Part shown: piece after piece, positions 38,085-50,600 of the stretch
How positions within the stretch are numbered: position 1 is the first letter of the stretch
How the letters are laid out: every line of letters starts with the position of its first letter
Assembly: GCF_004010195.1 (NCBI RefSeq)
Contig: NC_057755.1
Location: 1,105,306-1,169,305, forward strand
DNA: 64,000 nt
Source: Chiloscyllium plagiosum
Taxonomy: Eukaryota
Reading direction: 5' to 3'
Notes under the pieces: generated by a model
What the model was told of the DNA's origin: nothing
Seen by the model: the letters and a program-made list of their open reading frames with translations, nothing else
Database searches by the model: none
Translations under genes and position numbers: made by a program

Positions 38085-38680
38085 GAGTCATAAAATCATG
38101 GACATGTACTGCACAGAAATAGACCCTTTGGTCCAACTCAAATATGCTGACCAGATATCCCAACCCAATCTAATCCCACTTGCAACCACCCGGCCCATAT
38201 CTCACCATTCCTTCTTATTCATGTACCCATTCAGACACCTTTAAAATTTTTCAATTGTACCAGCCTCCATCAGTTCCTCTGGCAGCTCATTCCATCCCTC
38301 TGCGTGAAAAAGTTGCCCCTTAGGTCTGTTCTATATCTTTCCCCCCCACCCTAAACCTATGCTCTCCAAATCTGGACTCCCCCACCCCAGTTAAAAGACC
38401 TTGTATATTTCCCTATCTATGCCCCTCATGATTTTATAACCTCTATAACGTCACCCCTCAGGCTTTGACACTCCAGTGAAAACAGCAACAGCCTGTTGAA
38501 CCTTTCCCTATAGTTCAAATCCCCAACCCTGGCAACATCCTTGTGAATCTTTTCTGAACCATTTCAGGTTTCACAACACCCTTCCGATATGGAGGAGAGC
38601 AAAATTGCACTCAATATTCCAAAAGTGATCTAACCAATATCCTGTACAACCAGAACATGACTTCCCAAACCTGTACTCAA
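38085..38680 (-). mobile_element. CR1 LINE 3' end
   Basis: Same 3' UTR and RT C-terminus as the 29471 copy. Confidence 0.88.
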
Positions 38681-39099
38681 CTGCATACGTTATTGTCACC
38701 TGGCCTAATATCACCTTTAGTGGATCAGCACCAAGTCTGTTGAAAGAGGCCTGATAAAGATCTTTTTAAGTGTGTTTGCAGTTTATTTTGCATGAAGGAA
38801 CCAGTGATAGTCGTATCGGGTGAGTATAGATGACTTCCAATCAGGTGATTCCTGGCAATTGCAAGTCGAAATGTTTGAATTGATCAATAGGAAAAGATAA
38901 AGACAAGAGGAATTTGATTAGTTTGAAAGTAATTAGAGCCCTTATTCCAAGAGAGTAACGCGGGAGCTGACAGGCAAGTTCTGGACTGTACTATTTAGCT
39001 TCTGCTTTCTCACACACCTCCTCCCTCCCTCTCCCAGCACAGCTTCCCACCCAATTCATCCCACAGAGATGACTGTGGCTGTCAATTCATTCCTGAAGA

Positions 39100-39407
39100 G
39101 GCAGTGGTTAGCACTGCCGCCTCACAGCGCCAGAGACCCGGGTTCAATTCCCACCTCAGGTGACTGACTGTGTGGAGTTTGCACATTCTTCCCGTGTCTG
39201 CGTGGGTTTCCTCCGGGTGCTCCGGTTTCCTCCCACAGTCCAAAGATGTGCAGATCAGGTGAATTGGCCATGCTAAATTGCACGTAGTGTTAGGTAAGGG
39301 GTAAATGTAGGGGTATGGGTGGGTTGCGCTTCGGCGGGGCAGTGTGGACTTGTTGGGCCGAAGGGCCTGTTTCCACACTGTAAGTAATCTAATCTAATCT
39401 AATCTAA
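39100..39407 (+). mobile_element. Well-preserved HE1/V-SINE with (aatct)n tail
   Basis: A box tggttagc, B box ggttcaattcc, V-SINE core, CR1-like 3' end, tail (aatct)4. Confidence 0.93.
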
Positions 39408-39639
39408 AGGTGCACTCCGCGGGAGATCTGGGACTTATGCCGAGAGAGTATCATTGAGCGACAGACCTCTGGATATTTTAAGCAGACTCTGGCAACCAAT
39501 GTTCCTTTGCTCATGTGCACTAAGCAGCTGTTGCGTATCTTCATGCTTGTTTGTATCTGTGTGAGAGAGATTTTGAATCTCAATCCCCCTTGGATCGTTT
39601 AATCTCACACCCTGCCTGAATCAGGCCTCCCGAAACAAA

Positions 39640-39846
39640 GTCAGATAGTTTGGTGCTGGAAAAACCCAGCAGGTCAGGCAGCGTCGACGTGTTGGCAAAA
39701 GCTGTTCATCCGATAGGTTAAAGGGCTTATGCCTGAAATGTGGACTCTCCCGTTCCTTAGACGCTGCCTGACTTGCTGTGCTTTTCTAGCACTACACTTC
39801 TTTGACTCTAATCTCAAGCATCTGCAGTCCCGACTTACTCCTCCTC
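39640..39846. mobile_element. Short fold-back PLE-derived element
   Basis: Inverted arms (tggtgctggaaaa..aggtcaggcagcgtc / gacgctgcctgacttg..ttttctagcacta); degenerate hammerhead core at the centre; aaacaaa flanks both sides. Confidence 0.7.
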
Positions 39847-40487
39847 AAACAAACCCCTGGAGGGATAGCCTGTCCCTAATACGAGATAGGGAGTAGGAGA
39901 GACAATCGAGAGATCGGGAGCCAACCAGAATGGTGAGTACCAACGCTCTAAACTCTCCACACATTTCCCTGACTCCTGTTTGTACCTCTGATTATTTCTG
40001 TTTCTCTATTCTTTCTCTCCCTGGGCCTTGTACTCTCTACTTGTCTCTCCCTCTCTCACATTGTCAACATTTTCTTTTATCTTTTTTCTCTCTTCTTTCA
40101 GTCTTTGTCTACATTCTTTGCCACTCACTTTTGTTTTGCCACTCTCTCCCACCTTTCCATTCCTTCCCTATTTCTTTCAGTCTTGAAACTGCACTGCCCG
40201 CAATATTGCACCATCCCCCCAAAAATTACAGTCTCCAAAATCTAGTGCCTACACAGCCCCTGTCAAATTGTTCTACCTCCCTGAACCAGCCCCTTTGTAA
40301 TTTCTCCATTACATAATCAGCTCACTTAGAAGCCTTTCTGTATCTCCATCCATTCACCATATCCCAGGTGGTATGACCCAACCCCTGGGCTGGAGGACAA
40401 AGTGGGCATGTGCAGAAATAAGATTGCGTTTTTCTACAGCTGCTGGAAAGTTGATGCCCTACTAAATTTGGCCTAGATTTACTTCAG

Positions 40488-40632
40488 GGAGGAGGAAGTG
40501 AGGACTGCAGATGCTGGATATCAGAGCTTAAAAATGTGTTGCTGGAAAAGCGCAGTTGGTCAGCCAGCATCAAAGGAACAGGAGAATCGACGTTTCGGGC
40601 ATTCTCCTGTTCCTTTGATGCTGCCTGACCTG
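40488..40632. mobile_element. Short fold-back PLE-derived element with 15-bp TSD
   Basis: TSD ctagatttacttcag at 40473-40487 and 40633-40647; 23-bp perfect stem 40565-40587/40601-40623. Confidence 0.8.
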
Positions 40633-40764
40633 CTAGATTTACTTCAGTTGGCTTGGCCGTTTTGGGGAATTTCGGGAGGTACTCAAAGAGCAGAGACTCA
40701 CACACATGTGGATAATTAGAAATTCCTCGTTTCATTGCTCCAGGTTTATCCAGGAGCCATAGCT

Positions 40765-43465
40765 AATGTATTTCTGCACAACATCGAGGATCACAGCATC
40801 ACAACATCACAGCTACAGAAGGTTGTATCACAGCTCCAGAAACGAAGGTTGTATCACAGCTACAGAAACGAACGTTGTTGAGGAAGGTTTGTCTACTGAG
40901 TCATTATGGTTAGAAGTGAGGAATAGCAAGGGAACGACCACCGCATTATAGGTTTTCTGCAGACCACCTAATAGCAGTAAAGAGATTGAAGAACTCACAG
41001 GCGGGCAAACTCTCGGAAAATACACAAGTAGCAAGGTTGTTGTTATGGGTGATTTCAACTTTCCCAATATCGACTGGAACCTCCCTAGTGCAGATGATTT
41101 GGATGTAGCCGATTTTGTCAAGTGTGTTCAGGAGGGTTTCCTTACTCAGTATGTGGACAGACCGACGAGGGGAGAAGCCATTTTGGAGTTGGTGCTTAGC
41201 AATGAGCCAGGACAGGTGTCAGATCATGCGGTGGAAGAACACTTTGTTGACAATGATCACAACTGCCTCACATTTACCATAGTCTTGGAGAGGGAAAGGA
41301 GCAGTTACCGAGGGAAGATACTTAATTGGGGAAAAGGAAATTATGACGTTATCAGATAGGAGTTGGGAAGTACAGGCTGGGAGCAAATGTTCCACAGAAA
41401 GGGCACAGCAGACATGTGGAGATTATTTAAGGAACATTAATTGCGAGCGAAGCACGAATGTGTTCCTCTGAGACAGGTAAGAGGGGCTAAAATTAAGAAA
41501 CCTTGAATGACGAGAACAGAGGAGCATCTCGTCAAAAGGAAGAAGACAGCTTAAGTACAGTGGAGGAAGTAAAGATCTAGCACAGCTTTGGAGGATTACA
41601 GACTTGCTAGAAATGAGCTCAGAAATGGACTGAGGAGACCCAGTAGCAGACCAGACAAACGTTTGGCAAGAAAGATTATGGAGAACCCAAAGGCATTTTA
41701 CTCATGCGTGAGGAATAAGAAAATGATCAGGGAGAAGGTAGGGCCGATCACGGTTAGTGGAGGGAACTTTTGCGTGGAGTCTGAGCTCATAGGCTAAGCT
41801 CTAAATGAGTTTTTTTGCTTCGGTTTTCACCAAGGAAAGGGATTTTGTTATCAATAAAAACTTTGAGGAGCTGGGACACGGGCTTGATCAGATCAAGATT
41901 GATGAAGTTGATGTGCTGGAAAGTTTGGAAAACATTAAGATTGTTAAGTACCCAGGGCCAGACTAGATTTATTCTGGGCAGCTCAGGGAAACGAGAAAGA
42001 AGTTTGCTAAGCCAATGGCGAGGATCTATGCCTCCTCATGCCCCACGGAGTCGTCCTGGAGGACTGGAAGGAGGCGAATGTTACTCCTCTTTTCAAGAAA
42101 GATAATATAGCTTCTTTTCAAGAAGTCTCTGGCAATTGCAGACCAGTCAGTCGTACATCTGTGGTCAGCAAAGTTTTGGAAAGAATTCTGAGGGATTTAT
42201 GACTATTGGGCAAAGCACTGTGTGATTAAAGGCAGTTAGCATTACGTTGTAAGGAGCAGGACATGCCTCACAAATTTATTGATCTCTTTGATAATGTGAC
42301 AAGACAGATCGACGAAGGTCGAGCAATGAATGTGATGTATATGGACTTTGGCAAGGCATTTGATAGGGTTCCCCATGATAGGCTCATTCATAAAGTCGGG
42401 AAGTATGGGATACAGAGAGATTTGGCAATCTGGATTCAGAATTGGCTGGTTGATAGAAGGCAGAGAGTGTTGTGGATAGAAAGTATTCTGCCTGGAGGTA
42501 AGTCTTGAGCGGGGTCCTGCAGGGCTCTGTTCGTGGGCCTCTGCTCTTTGTAGATTATGTAAATGACTTGGATGAGGATTTTCAGGGATGGGTTAATAAA
42601 TTTGCAGATGACACAAAGGTTGGAGGTGTCGACGTTAGTATCGAGGGCTACTGCAGGCTGCAGCACCACATTGACAGGATGCAGAGTGGGCTGAAAAATG
42701 GCAGATGGAGCTCAACCTAGATAAATGCAAAGTCGAACTCAAATGTTGAATATAAGTCAGGATTCTTGGCAGTGTAGGGAACGGAGGGATCGAGGTGTGC
42801 AAGTACATAGATCCCTCAAAGACGCCACCCAAGTGGACAGGGTTGTTTAAAAAGCATGTGGTGTTTTGGCTTTCTTTTATTAACAGGGGGATCGAGTTTA
42901 AGAGCTGCGAGGTTTTGCTACAGCTCTACAAGTCCCTGGTGAGACCACACTTGGAATACTGCGTCCAGTTCTGGTCACCCTACTATAGGAAAAATACAGA
43001 GGCTTTGGTGATGGTGCAAACAAGGTTGGCCAGGGTGCTGCCTGGACTGGATGGCTTGCTTTATGAAGAGACATTGAATAAGCTCGGACCTTTCTCTCTG
43101 AGACAAGGAGGAAGAGAGGACATCTGATCGAGCTATACAAGATAATGAGTGGAATAGATAGAGTCAATAGGCAGAGACTTTTTCCCAGGGTAGGATCGAC
43201 TGGTACGAAGGGTCATAGTTTGAAGATATTAGGAGGACGACATAAAGGAGAAGTCAGACCTGGGTTCTTTATGCAGAGAGTTCTAAATGCATGGAATACG
43301 TTGCCAGCTGTAGTGGTGGAAGTAGAGTCATTAGGGACATTCAAGCTATTGCTGGACATGCACATGGATAGCAGTGAGTTGAGGGGTGCGTAGGTTAGGT
43401 TATTAGATTTTACATCATGGGACAAAGGGCTTGTTCTATGCTCTACGTTTCTATGCTGTATGTTC
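40765..43465 (+). mobile_element. 5'-truncated CR1 LINE (APE + RT), decayed
   Basis: MGDFNFPNIDW, YVDRPTRGEAIL, NPKAFYS, YMDFGKAFDRVPH, KFADDTK, LEYCVQFWSPYY; short duplications at the 5' junction. Confidence 0.93.
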
Positions 43466-43612
43466 TAATACTCAACAGACTATTAGATCAGAATCTTTAA
43501 TCCAGGTGATTTTGGTTTCCACCTTCATTGAAGTATTAACCAAAATCACGAGCAAGGCGCACACTTCCAACACTCTTTGACACAGCAGCAGTAATTCCAA
43601 GTGAAAAGACTG

Positions 43613-43925
43613 GAGGCGACACAGTAACTCGGTGGTTAGCTCTGCTGCCTCACAGCACCAGGATCCTGGGTTTGAGTCCAGCCTCGGGCAACTGTCTGTG
43701 TGGAGTTTGCAAATTCTTGCCGTGTCTCCGTGGATTTCCTCCCACAATACGATGATGTGCACGATAGGGTGGATTGGCCATGCTAAATTGCACATTATGT
43801 TTAGGGATGCATAGGTTACTTGCATAAGTCAGGGGTTAATATTGGATAATAGGGTGGGTGATTGGGTTTGGATGGGTTACTCTTTGGAGGGTCGAAGGAC
43901 CTGTTCCACACTGTAGGGATCCTAA
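43613..43925 (+). mobile_element. HE1/V-SINE
   Basis: Head ggtggttagctctgctgcctcacagc and core tgtgtggagtttgc..ttggccatgctaaattg. Confidence 0.85.
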
Positions 43926-44059
43926 ACTTTAGACTCGTCTGGTGACCTATATTTGCTGTCAATGATGCAGTGAGCTAATCTAATGCCATTCCGTGGAGAC
44001 CATGGTCGACCGCTGTCCTTTACTTCAGGAGGATCAGCATTTTGGGCAAAAGCCCCTGA

Positions 44060-44890
44060 GCTCCTCAGATGCCGCCTGAAATGCATTGTATTTCCAGCAC
44101 CACAGTCTCGATTCTAAAGGTAAGTGTTCTAATGCAGTGCGCACCATACTCCAAATCCAACACCACTGCACGTTTCTTTTGGGATTGTCCACTCCCAAGT
44201 TTCTAAGATGCATGCAGTGCCAGCTCCATCGGGGAACAATAGTGCAACAGAGTTTCCATCCCTGCATCAAAGTCATTGATACAGATTATTAATAGCTGGG
44301 GTCCAAAGACTGAACCTTGCATCACCCATTTGCTGCTTTCTGCACGGTAGGATGAGGCTTAATGGGATGAAGTGCATACTCCTACTCTTAGTTTCTTTGT
44401 TTTGTGCAAGAGCCAGAAATTCAATTTTGACAGAGGTGGAAGAACAATTTTGAGAGTTTGGCTGTTTCGGGATTTAGCATTTTCTGACTCAGAATTCCTC
44501 TGGCGTGGTTTCCTCATTATGCCTTATTGGTCTCACTACCATCACCACCACCCCCACCCCCCCCCCCCACCCCCCGCCTCCCCCAATATCCTTTGATCCC
44601 TTTAGACCTGCGAAGTAGATCTCCCTTCTCTGTGAAAATGTTTAGTCTGAATGGCTTTCTGTGGCAGAGAATTCCACAAGCTCCCCCCTCTCTGGTTAAA
44701 ACATTTCTCCCCATCTCATTCTGAAATAGCCTAGACTTAGACTGTGACTCCCTGTGTCTGGATTCCCCAGTCACTGCAAACATCCTCCCTGCGCTTATCC
44801 TGTTAGAATTTTAGAGCTTTCTGTAAGATCCCCCTCATTCTTGTGAACCCCAGTGACTTTAACCGATCCAGTCTCTTTTCATATATCTCC
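44060..44890 (-). mobile_element. Decayed CR1 fragments
   Basis: Reverse complement of RT C-terminal and 3' UTR motifs (gaattccacaag..acatttctcc). Confidence 0.6.
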
Positions 44891-44946
44891 TTTACTCATT
44901 CAGTCCTGTTCTCTCTCTCTCTCTCTCTCGTCCTCTATCACATGCT

Positions 44947-45925
44947 TCGGGCAAAAGCCCTTCATCAGGAATACAGTCGGAGTGCCTGAAGGCTGGAGAG
45001 ATAAATGAGAGGAGGGTGGGGGCGAGGAAAAAGTAGCATAGACTACAATAGGTGAGTAGGGGAGGGGATGAAGGTAATAGGTCAGGGAGGAGGGTGGAGC
45101 ATTTCCTGTTTCAAGAGTTTTTCTTCTTCCTTATTGTTCGTGCTGTCAAAACTCGTTCATGTTGACGAGAATGGCAATGTGATTGAAGCTGAATCTATTT
45201 AAAGAAAAGGAATGCTGCTTCCAGCACATCATTGACACTTGTATCACACATATAGGATACATCACTTGGTTCGCGTACACTTGTTCTCCTTGCTAGTCAA
45301 ATGTTGGTTCTGGAGATTGTTCCTGCTCATCGATGCTGCCTTCTCTGCTGTGCTCTTTTGTTGAGCGCCACACTTTTCAACTCTGATCTCTCATACTTGC
45401 GATCCTCATTTTCTCCTGGAGATTTTTAACTACCTAATAAGACATTCTCCTCCTCCTGTTGGGGCACGTGGCGGAGGTGCTGAAGATCAAATGAAGATGA
45501 ATATGAAGATCAATTCAAAAACTCTTGAATTGCTTTTACTACAGGGCAATAGCAATTCCATTCATACAGACCCTTTAAACTATCAATAGCAGAAATGGCA
45601 AGCTCTTGAAAACTCTTTACTTTCTGCAACTAATCAATGCATAAACATTTTGACAGGAAATACTCCGCCCTCCTCCCAGACCTATCACCTTCATCTCCTC
45701 CCCAACTCACCTATTGTACTCTGTGCTACTTTCTCCCCACCTCCACCCTCCTCTCATTTATCTCTCCACACTTCAGGCTCTCTGCCTGTATTCCTGATGA
45801 AGGGCTTTTACCTGAAACGTCGATTTTCAGGCACCATCTGAGGATGCTGCATGAACTGCTGTGTTTTTCCAACACCACTCTAATCTAAACTCTGATTTCC
45901 AGCATCTGCAGTCATTATTGTTACC
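44947..45925. mobile_element. Composite PLE-derived element: inverted hammerhead-bearing arms around an internal segment, 16-bp TSD
   Basis: TSD tcctctatcacatgct at 44931-44946 and 45926-45941; inverted arms 44947-45109 and 45653-45816. Confidence 0.8.
45791..45830 (+). ncRNA. Minimal hammerhead ribozyme-like core
   Basis: ttcCTGATGAagggcttttacctGAAAcgtcga; the mirror copy at 44946-44970 (-) has a perfect stem II gggc-tttt-gccc. Confidence 0.6.
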
Positions 45926-47649
45926 TCCTCTATCACATGCTCTCACACTCAAAATCACATTTTGTCTCTCTTGCCACTTTTTCTCACACTCTTACTCGGA
46001 CTCTGTCTCTTGGTCACACTCATTCTCTCTGCCTCCCTCTCCCTTGCTCGCTCTCACTTTCATGCTCCCTCTCAGTCTCGTTCCCTGTCTCTCTCACAGT
46101 CCCTCAACTTGAACTCTCAAGCTACAAAGTGTAACATGTCAGATCAGCCACTGAAATGAGATCTTGTTCAGAATCTGTCGCAGAAGTTGAACATGGAGTC
46201 AGGCTTGTTTCATCCTAATAGCAGGAATTTATAAAATATCACACTGTCTTGCTGTGATTTGAAATGTGGTGGTGTCAAGAAACAGGAAAAATAAAACTCT
46301 AATTTAACATACGTCCTGGATGGAATGATTCGCCCGTGCTTGTGATGGAGTGAATGAGTGAAGGTCAATGTGTCAGGTTGTCCAATTCAGTACGTTTGCT
46401 TGAGAGTATGTGAATGCATGACAGCATACAAGTGCATGACTGAATGAGTTTATGTATGTGTATATGTGACCTTATTTGTGTAAAAAAATGTGTGTCTGTG
46501 TATATGTGTGTTTAAGTAATAAGAGTGTTTGAGTTTGTGTGAGACACTGAGAGTGTGTGTGAGTATGTGCATCTATGTGTGACAGTGTGACTGCATGTGA
46601 AGGAAGAATTCCTAACGGATATTAATATCTTCATTAAAAGAGAAAATCTGATGAAAAGGGATTCATAGCAAGATGTCCTCATGTTCCCAATACAGTCTCC
46701 TGACAATAACTGTCAATGTATCATTGTCCTCCTAATTGTTAGCTCTACTACTATGTTAACTTACTAATATCTGTGTACACGATCACCAGAGTCCTCCAGA
46801 CAATAATGGTTAATAATTTCCCATCACATTTTAAACGAAATGTTCTGTTTCTTTTCTATTCTTCCTATAAATGTAAATCGCCTACTTACAGTGCATCTGC
46901 TAAAGTTTTAAATATAATTCATACAGTACAGACAGCACAGCATATTTTATGATGGGATGTAGCAAACTTTGTTACACTCAGCACCTTCATGTTGCAGCGT
47001 AATAACATCCCATCAGAGATCTGCCCTCCATCAGGGACAAAACCTCCCTGGATCTGTAAGTGTAGACTGGGCAGGGAACGTGGATTTTAATCTGTCACTG
47101 AGTCAGTTTGGAAATCTGTGCTGCACATTATATTCCATCTGTCAATGACTTGCTCACTCAGTGAAGCTGGTCATATCGGGTCACAGCCTCTTTGGTCGTC
47201 TCTCGGACGCAACGTGGGTTTGTCAGTGACCCTGGAGACATCATAAATGATTCAGAGAAAGGGAACAAGTATATCAATTGTAAATGGCCATGTCTTTAGC
47301 AGTGACTCTGCTTGCATCCCCACTCGTAATAGCTCACGAAGCTGGAAATGATCTTGATTGATGCCTACTGTGTCCTTTACCCTGCAGGGCACAGTTAGCA
47401 TAGTACGTAGTTTGCCTTAACATTACAATGTTCTAATATACAAGCAAAGTACAGTCAGGGATGGGAATGTAGAGGCGAGAGAGTGATAAGTTTGGTCAGT
47501 AAATTGAGAGCAGGCTATTAATAGGCTGTCATTCTGGTGCATTCAAACAGACACGCACTCCCCAAGTCCCCACTCTCTCCTGCCTTTCCCTATTTATAAA
47601 GGCAATGTCCCAGTCAACAAATCTAAAATGGCTGACTAACTCTTTTTTA

Positions 47650-50600
47650 GTTCCCCCCTCCCTGACCTTGGTGGGTCAAAAAACCAGCTGGAGGAGTCAA
47701 GTTAAACATGGAGACAACCTCTGGGCAGAGAGTGCCATCATTTACTCTGGAAGCTGAAGTTGAAGTTCGCACATGCAGGGGCATAGAGAGAATGAAATAC
47801 TTCTGCTGCGCGAACTCCTTGGAGCACTTGTATTCACACACAAGCACTGTGGGGCTCAGGCAGCTTCTGGATTTTTTACCACAAGGGGCGAGCTCTGGGC
47901 TGGAAGGCGACAAAGGGGCAAAAAGTCGGAGAGGGGACTGTTGCAAAGTTTGATCCCGCAGATTTCACTGCACCGTCTACAGCTGCCATCTCTAACTTTA
48001 TGTTCCCAGATGCTTCCCCTACAATTTTACTTCAATTCCCATCCTTGCCATCTCCGCCCTGTTCACACTCCCCTGTCGATTCCCTTCCTACAACTCTGGC
48101 TGCTCACTCTTTTTTGGAACCGTTAAATCGTCCAATCTTTCCAATCTCTAAACTCCCTGTTCAGCCTTCTCTGCACGTGTATCAGAGCCCTGTGGTCACT
48201 GAGTTTGGGCACTCCTCAGACACAGGATAAGGACAGTTGGGTTACAGTCAGCGGGAGGAAAGTGAAGCAACAGATAGGGCAGGGATACCCTGTTGCTGGT
48301 CCCCTCAGCAATAAGTATTCTGATTTGGATACTGCTGGTGCGGACGGCCTACTAGGGAAAGCGATAGTGGTAAGGTGTCTGGCACTGAGCCTGGCACCGT
48401 GGCTCAGAAGGGAATGGGGAGAATAGAAAAGCGCTAGTGGTAGGGGACTCAATAGTTAGATGGACTGACTGGAGATTTTGTGGCCGGGAACAGACTTCCA
48501 GAAGTCATGTTGCCTCCATGGTGCCAGGATCCAGGATGTCGCCGATGGGGTTTACAGGATTCTGATAGGGGAGAGTGAGCAGCCAGAAATCTTGGTACAT
48601 ATTGGCACCAAGACTTTAGCCAGGAAGGAAATTGAGGATCTGAAAAGTGACTAAAGAGAGTTAGGTTAGAAGCTGAAGATGAGGTCGAGTAAAGTAGTGA
48701 TCTCAGACTTCCTACCATTGCCACGAGATAATGAACTGAGGAACAGTCAGCGAATGCAGCTTAACACGTGGCTGCGAGGCTGGTAAAGGAAGGAGGGCTT
48801 CAGATACCTAGACCATTGGGATACCTTCTGGCGAAGGTGGCATCTGTACATTAAGGACGGGTTGCACCTTAACTGGAGGGGCACACATATTCTGGATCGG
48901 AGATTTGTTCATGTGGTTAGTGAGGGTTCAAATTAATTTGGCACTACGATGGGAATCAGAGCTACACATCTGAGAGAGGGGTAGTTGTAGATGGGGCAGT
49001 GAGAGGATGTAGTGAATCTATCAGGAAGGTTTCTCACGTGATGAAGCAAACGGATCGATTAAAGTGTGCCTGAAGGAGTGTCAGAAATAAGAGCGATGAA
49101 CTTAGAGCATAGATCAATACTTGAGGCTATGATGTTATGGCCATAACGGAGATTTGGATTTCATAGGGGCAGGAATGGTTGCTAGATGTTCCAGGGTTTA
49201 GAACGTTTAATAAGAAGAGGGAGGGTGGAAAAAGAGGAGTGATGTAGCATTGTTAATCAAAGAGAGCATCACAGCTACAGAAATGAAGGTGGTTGAGGAA
49301 GGTTTGTCTACTGAGTCAGTATGGGTGAACGTTAGGAACAGCAAGGGAGCAGCCACTTCATGGGGTTGGTTTCTACAGACGCCCTAAAAGCAGTAAGGAG
49401 AATGAAGAACTCATAGGTCAGCAGAATTCGGAAAAATGCAGATTAGCTGCATTTGCCTCTTCACTCTCCACAAAAGTCATACTGGAGGATTGGAATGAGG
49501 CGACCATTGTTCCTCTTTCCACGAAGGGGAGTAAGGAAATCTCTGGCAATTACTGACTATTCAGTCTTTCGTCTGTGGTCAGCAAGAGAAGAATTCTGAG
49601 TGATACGACTATTTGGAAAAGCATAGCGTGATTAAAGGCAGTCAGCATGACTTATTAGGGGCAGGTCATGCCTAACTAATCTTGTTGAGTTCTTTGAGGA
49701 GGTGACAAGACAGGTCGACAAAGATCGAGCAGTGGATGTGGTGTATTTGGACTTCAGCAAGGCATTTTATAAGGTTCCCCATCGTAGGTCCATTCGTAAA
49801 GCCGTGAGCTTTGGGATACAGAGCGATGTGGCTATCTAGATTCAGAATTAGTTATGGGTTACTTCAACTTTCCCAATATCGACTGGAACCTCCTAAGTGC
49901 AGATGGACTGGATGGAGCCGTTTTTGTCATTTGTGTTCAGGAGGGTTTGCTTACTCAGTATGTAGACAGACTGAAGAGGGGAGAAGTAACTTTGGATTTG
50001 TTGTACGGCAATGAGCCAGGATAGGTGTCAGATCTCGCTGTGGGAGAAGACTTTGGTAAAAGTGACCACAAACTGCCTCACATTTACCAGAGCCTTGGAG
50101 AGGGAAAGGAGCAGTTAGCAAGGAAAGTTATTTAATTGGGGAAAAAGCAAACTATGACTCTATCAGACAGAAGTTGGGAAGTACAGACTGGGAGCAATTG
50201 TTCTACAGCAGACCTGTAGAGACTATTTACGGAGCAGTTGTTGCGAGTGATGCACGATTTTTTTTTCCTCTGAGACAGGTAAGAAGGGGTAAGATTGAGG
50301 AGCCTTGGATGACGAGAACAGAGGAGCTTCTCGTCAAAAGGAAGAAAGCAGATTACGTAACGTGGAGGAAGCAAGGGTCTAGGACAGCTTTAGAGGATTA
50401 CAGCCTTGCTAGAAAGGAGCTCAGAAATGAACTGAGGAGCCCCAATAGCGGGCAGGAGAAAGGCTTGGCAGGAAGGCTTAGGGAGAACCCAAAGGCATTT
50501 TACTCAAACGTGAGGAATAAGAGAATGATCAGGGAGAAATTAGGGTCGATCAGGGATAGCGTTGTTGTGAATGAGAAATTTGAGGAGCTGGGATAGAGGC

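Noticed and set aside
39100..39170. tRNA-like A/B boxes
   Set aside because: Head of an HE1 SINE, not a tRNA gene; no full cloverleaf.
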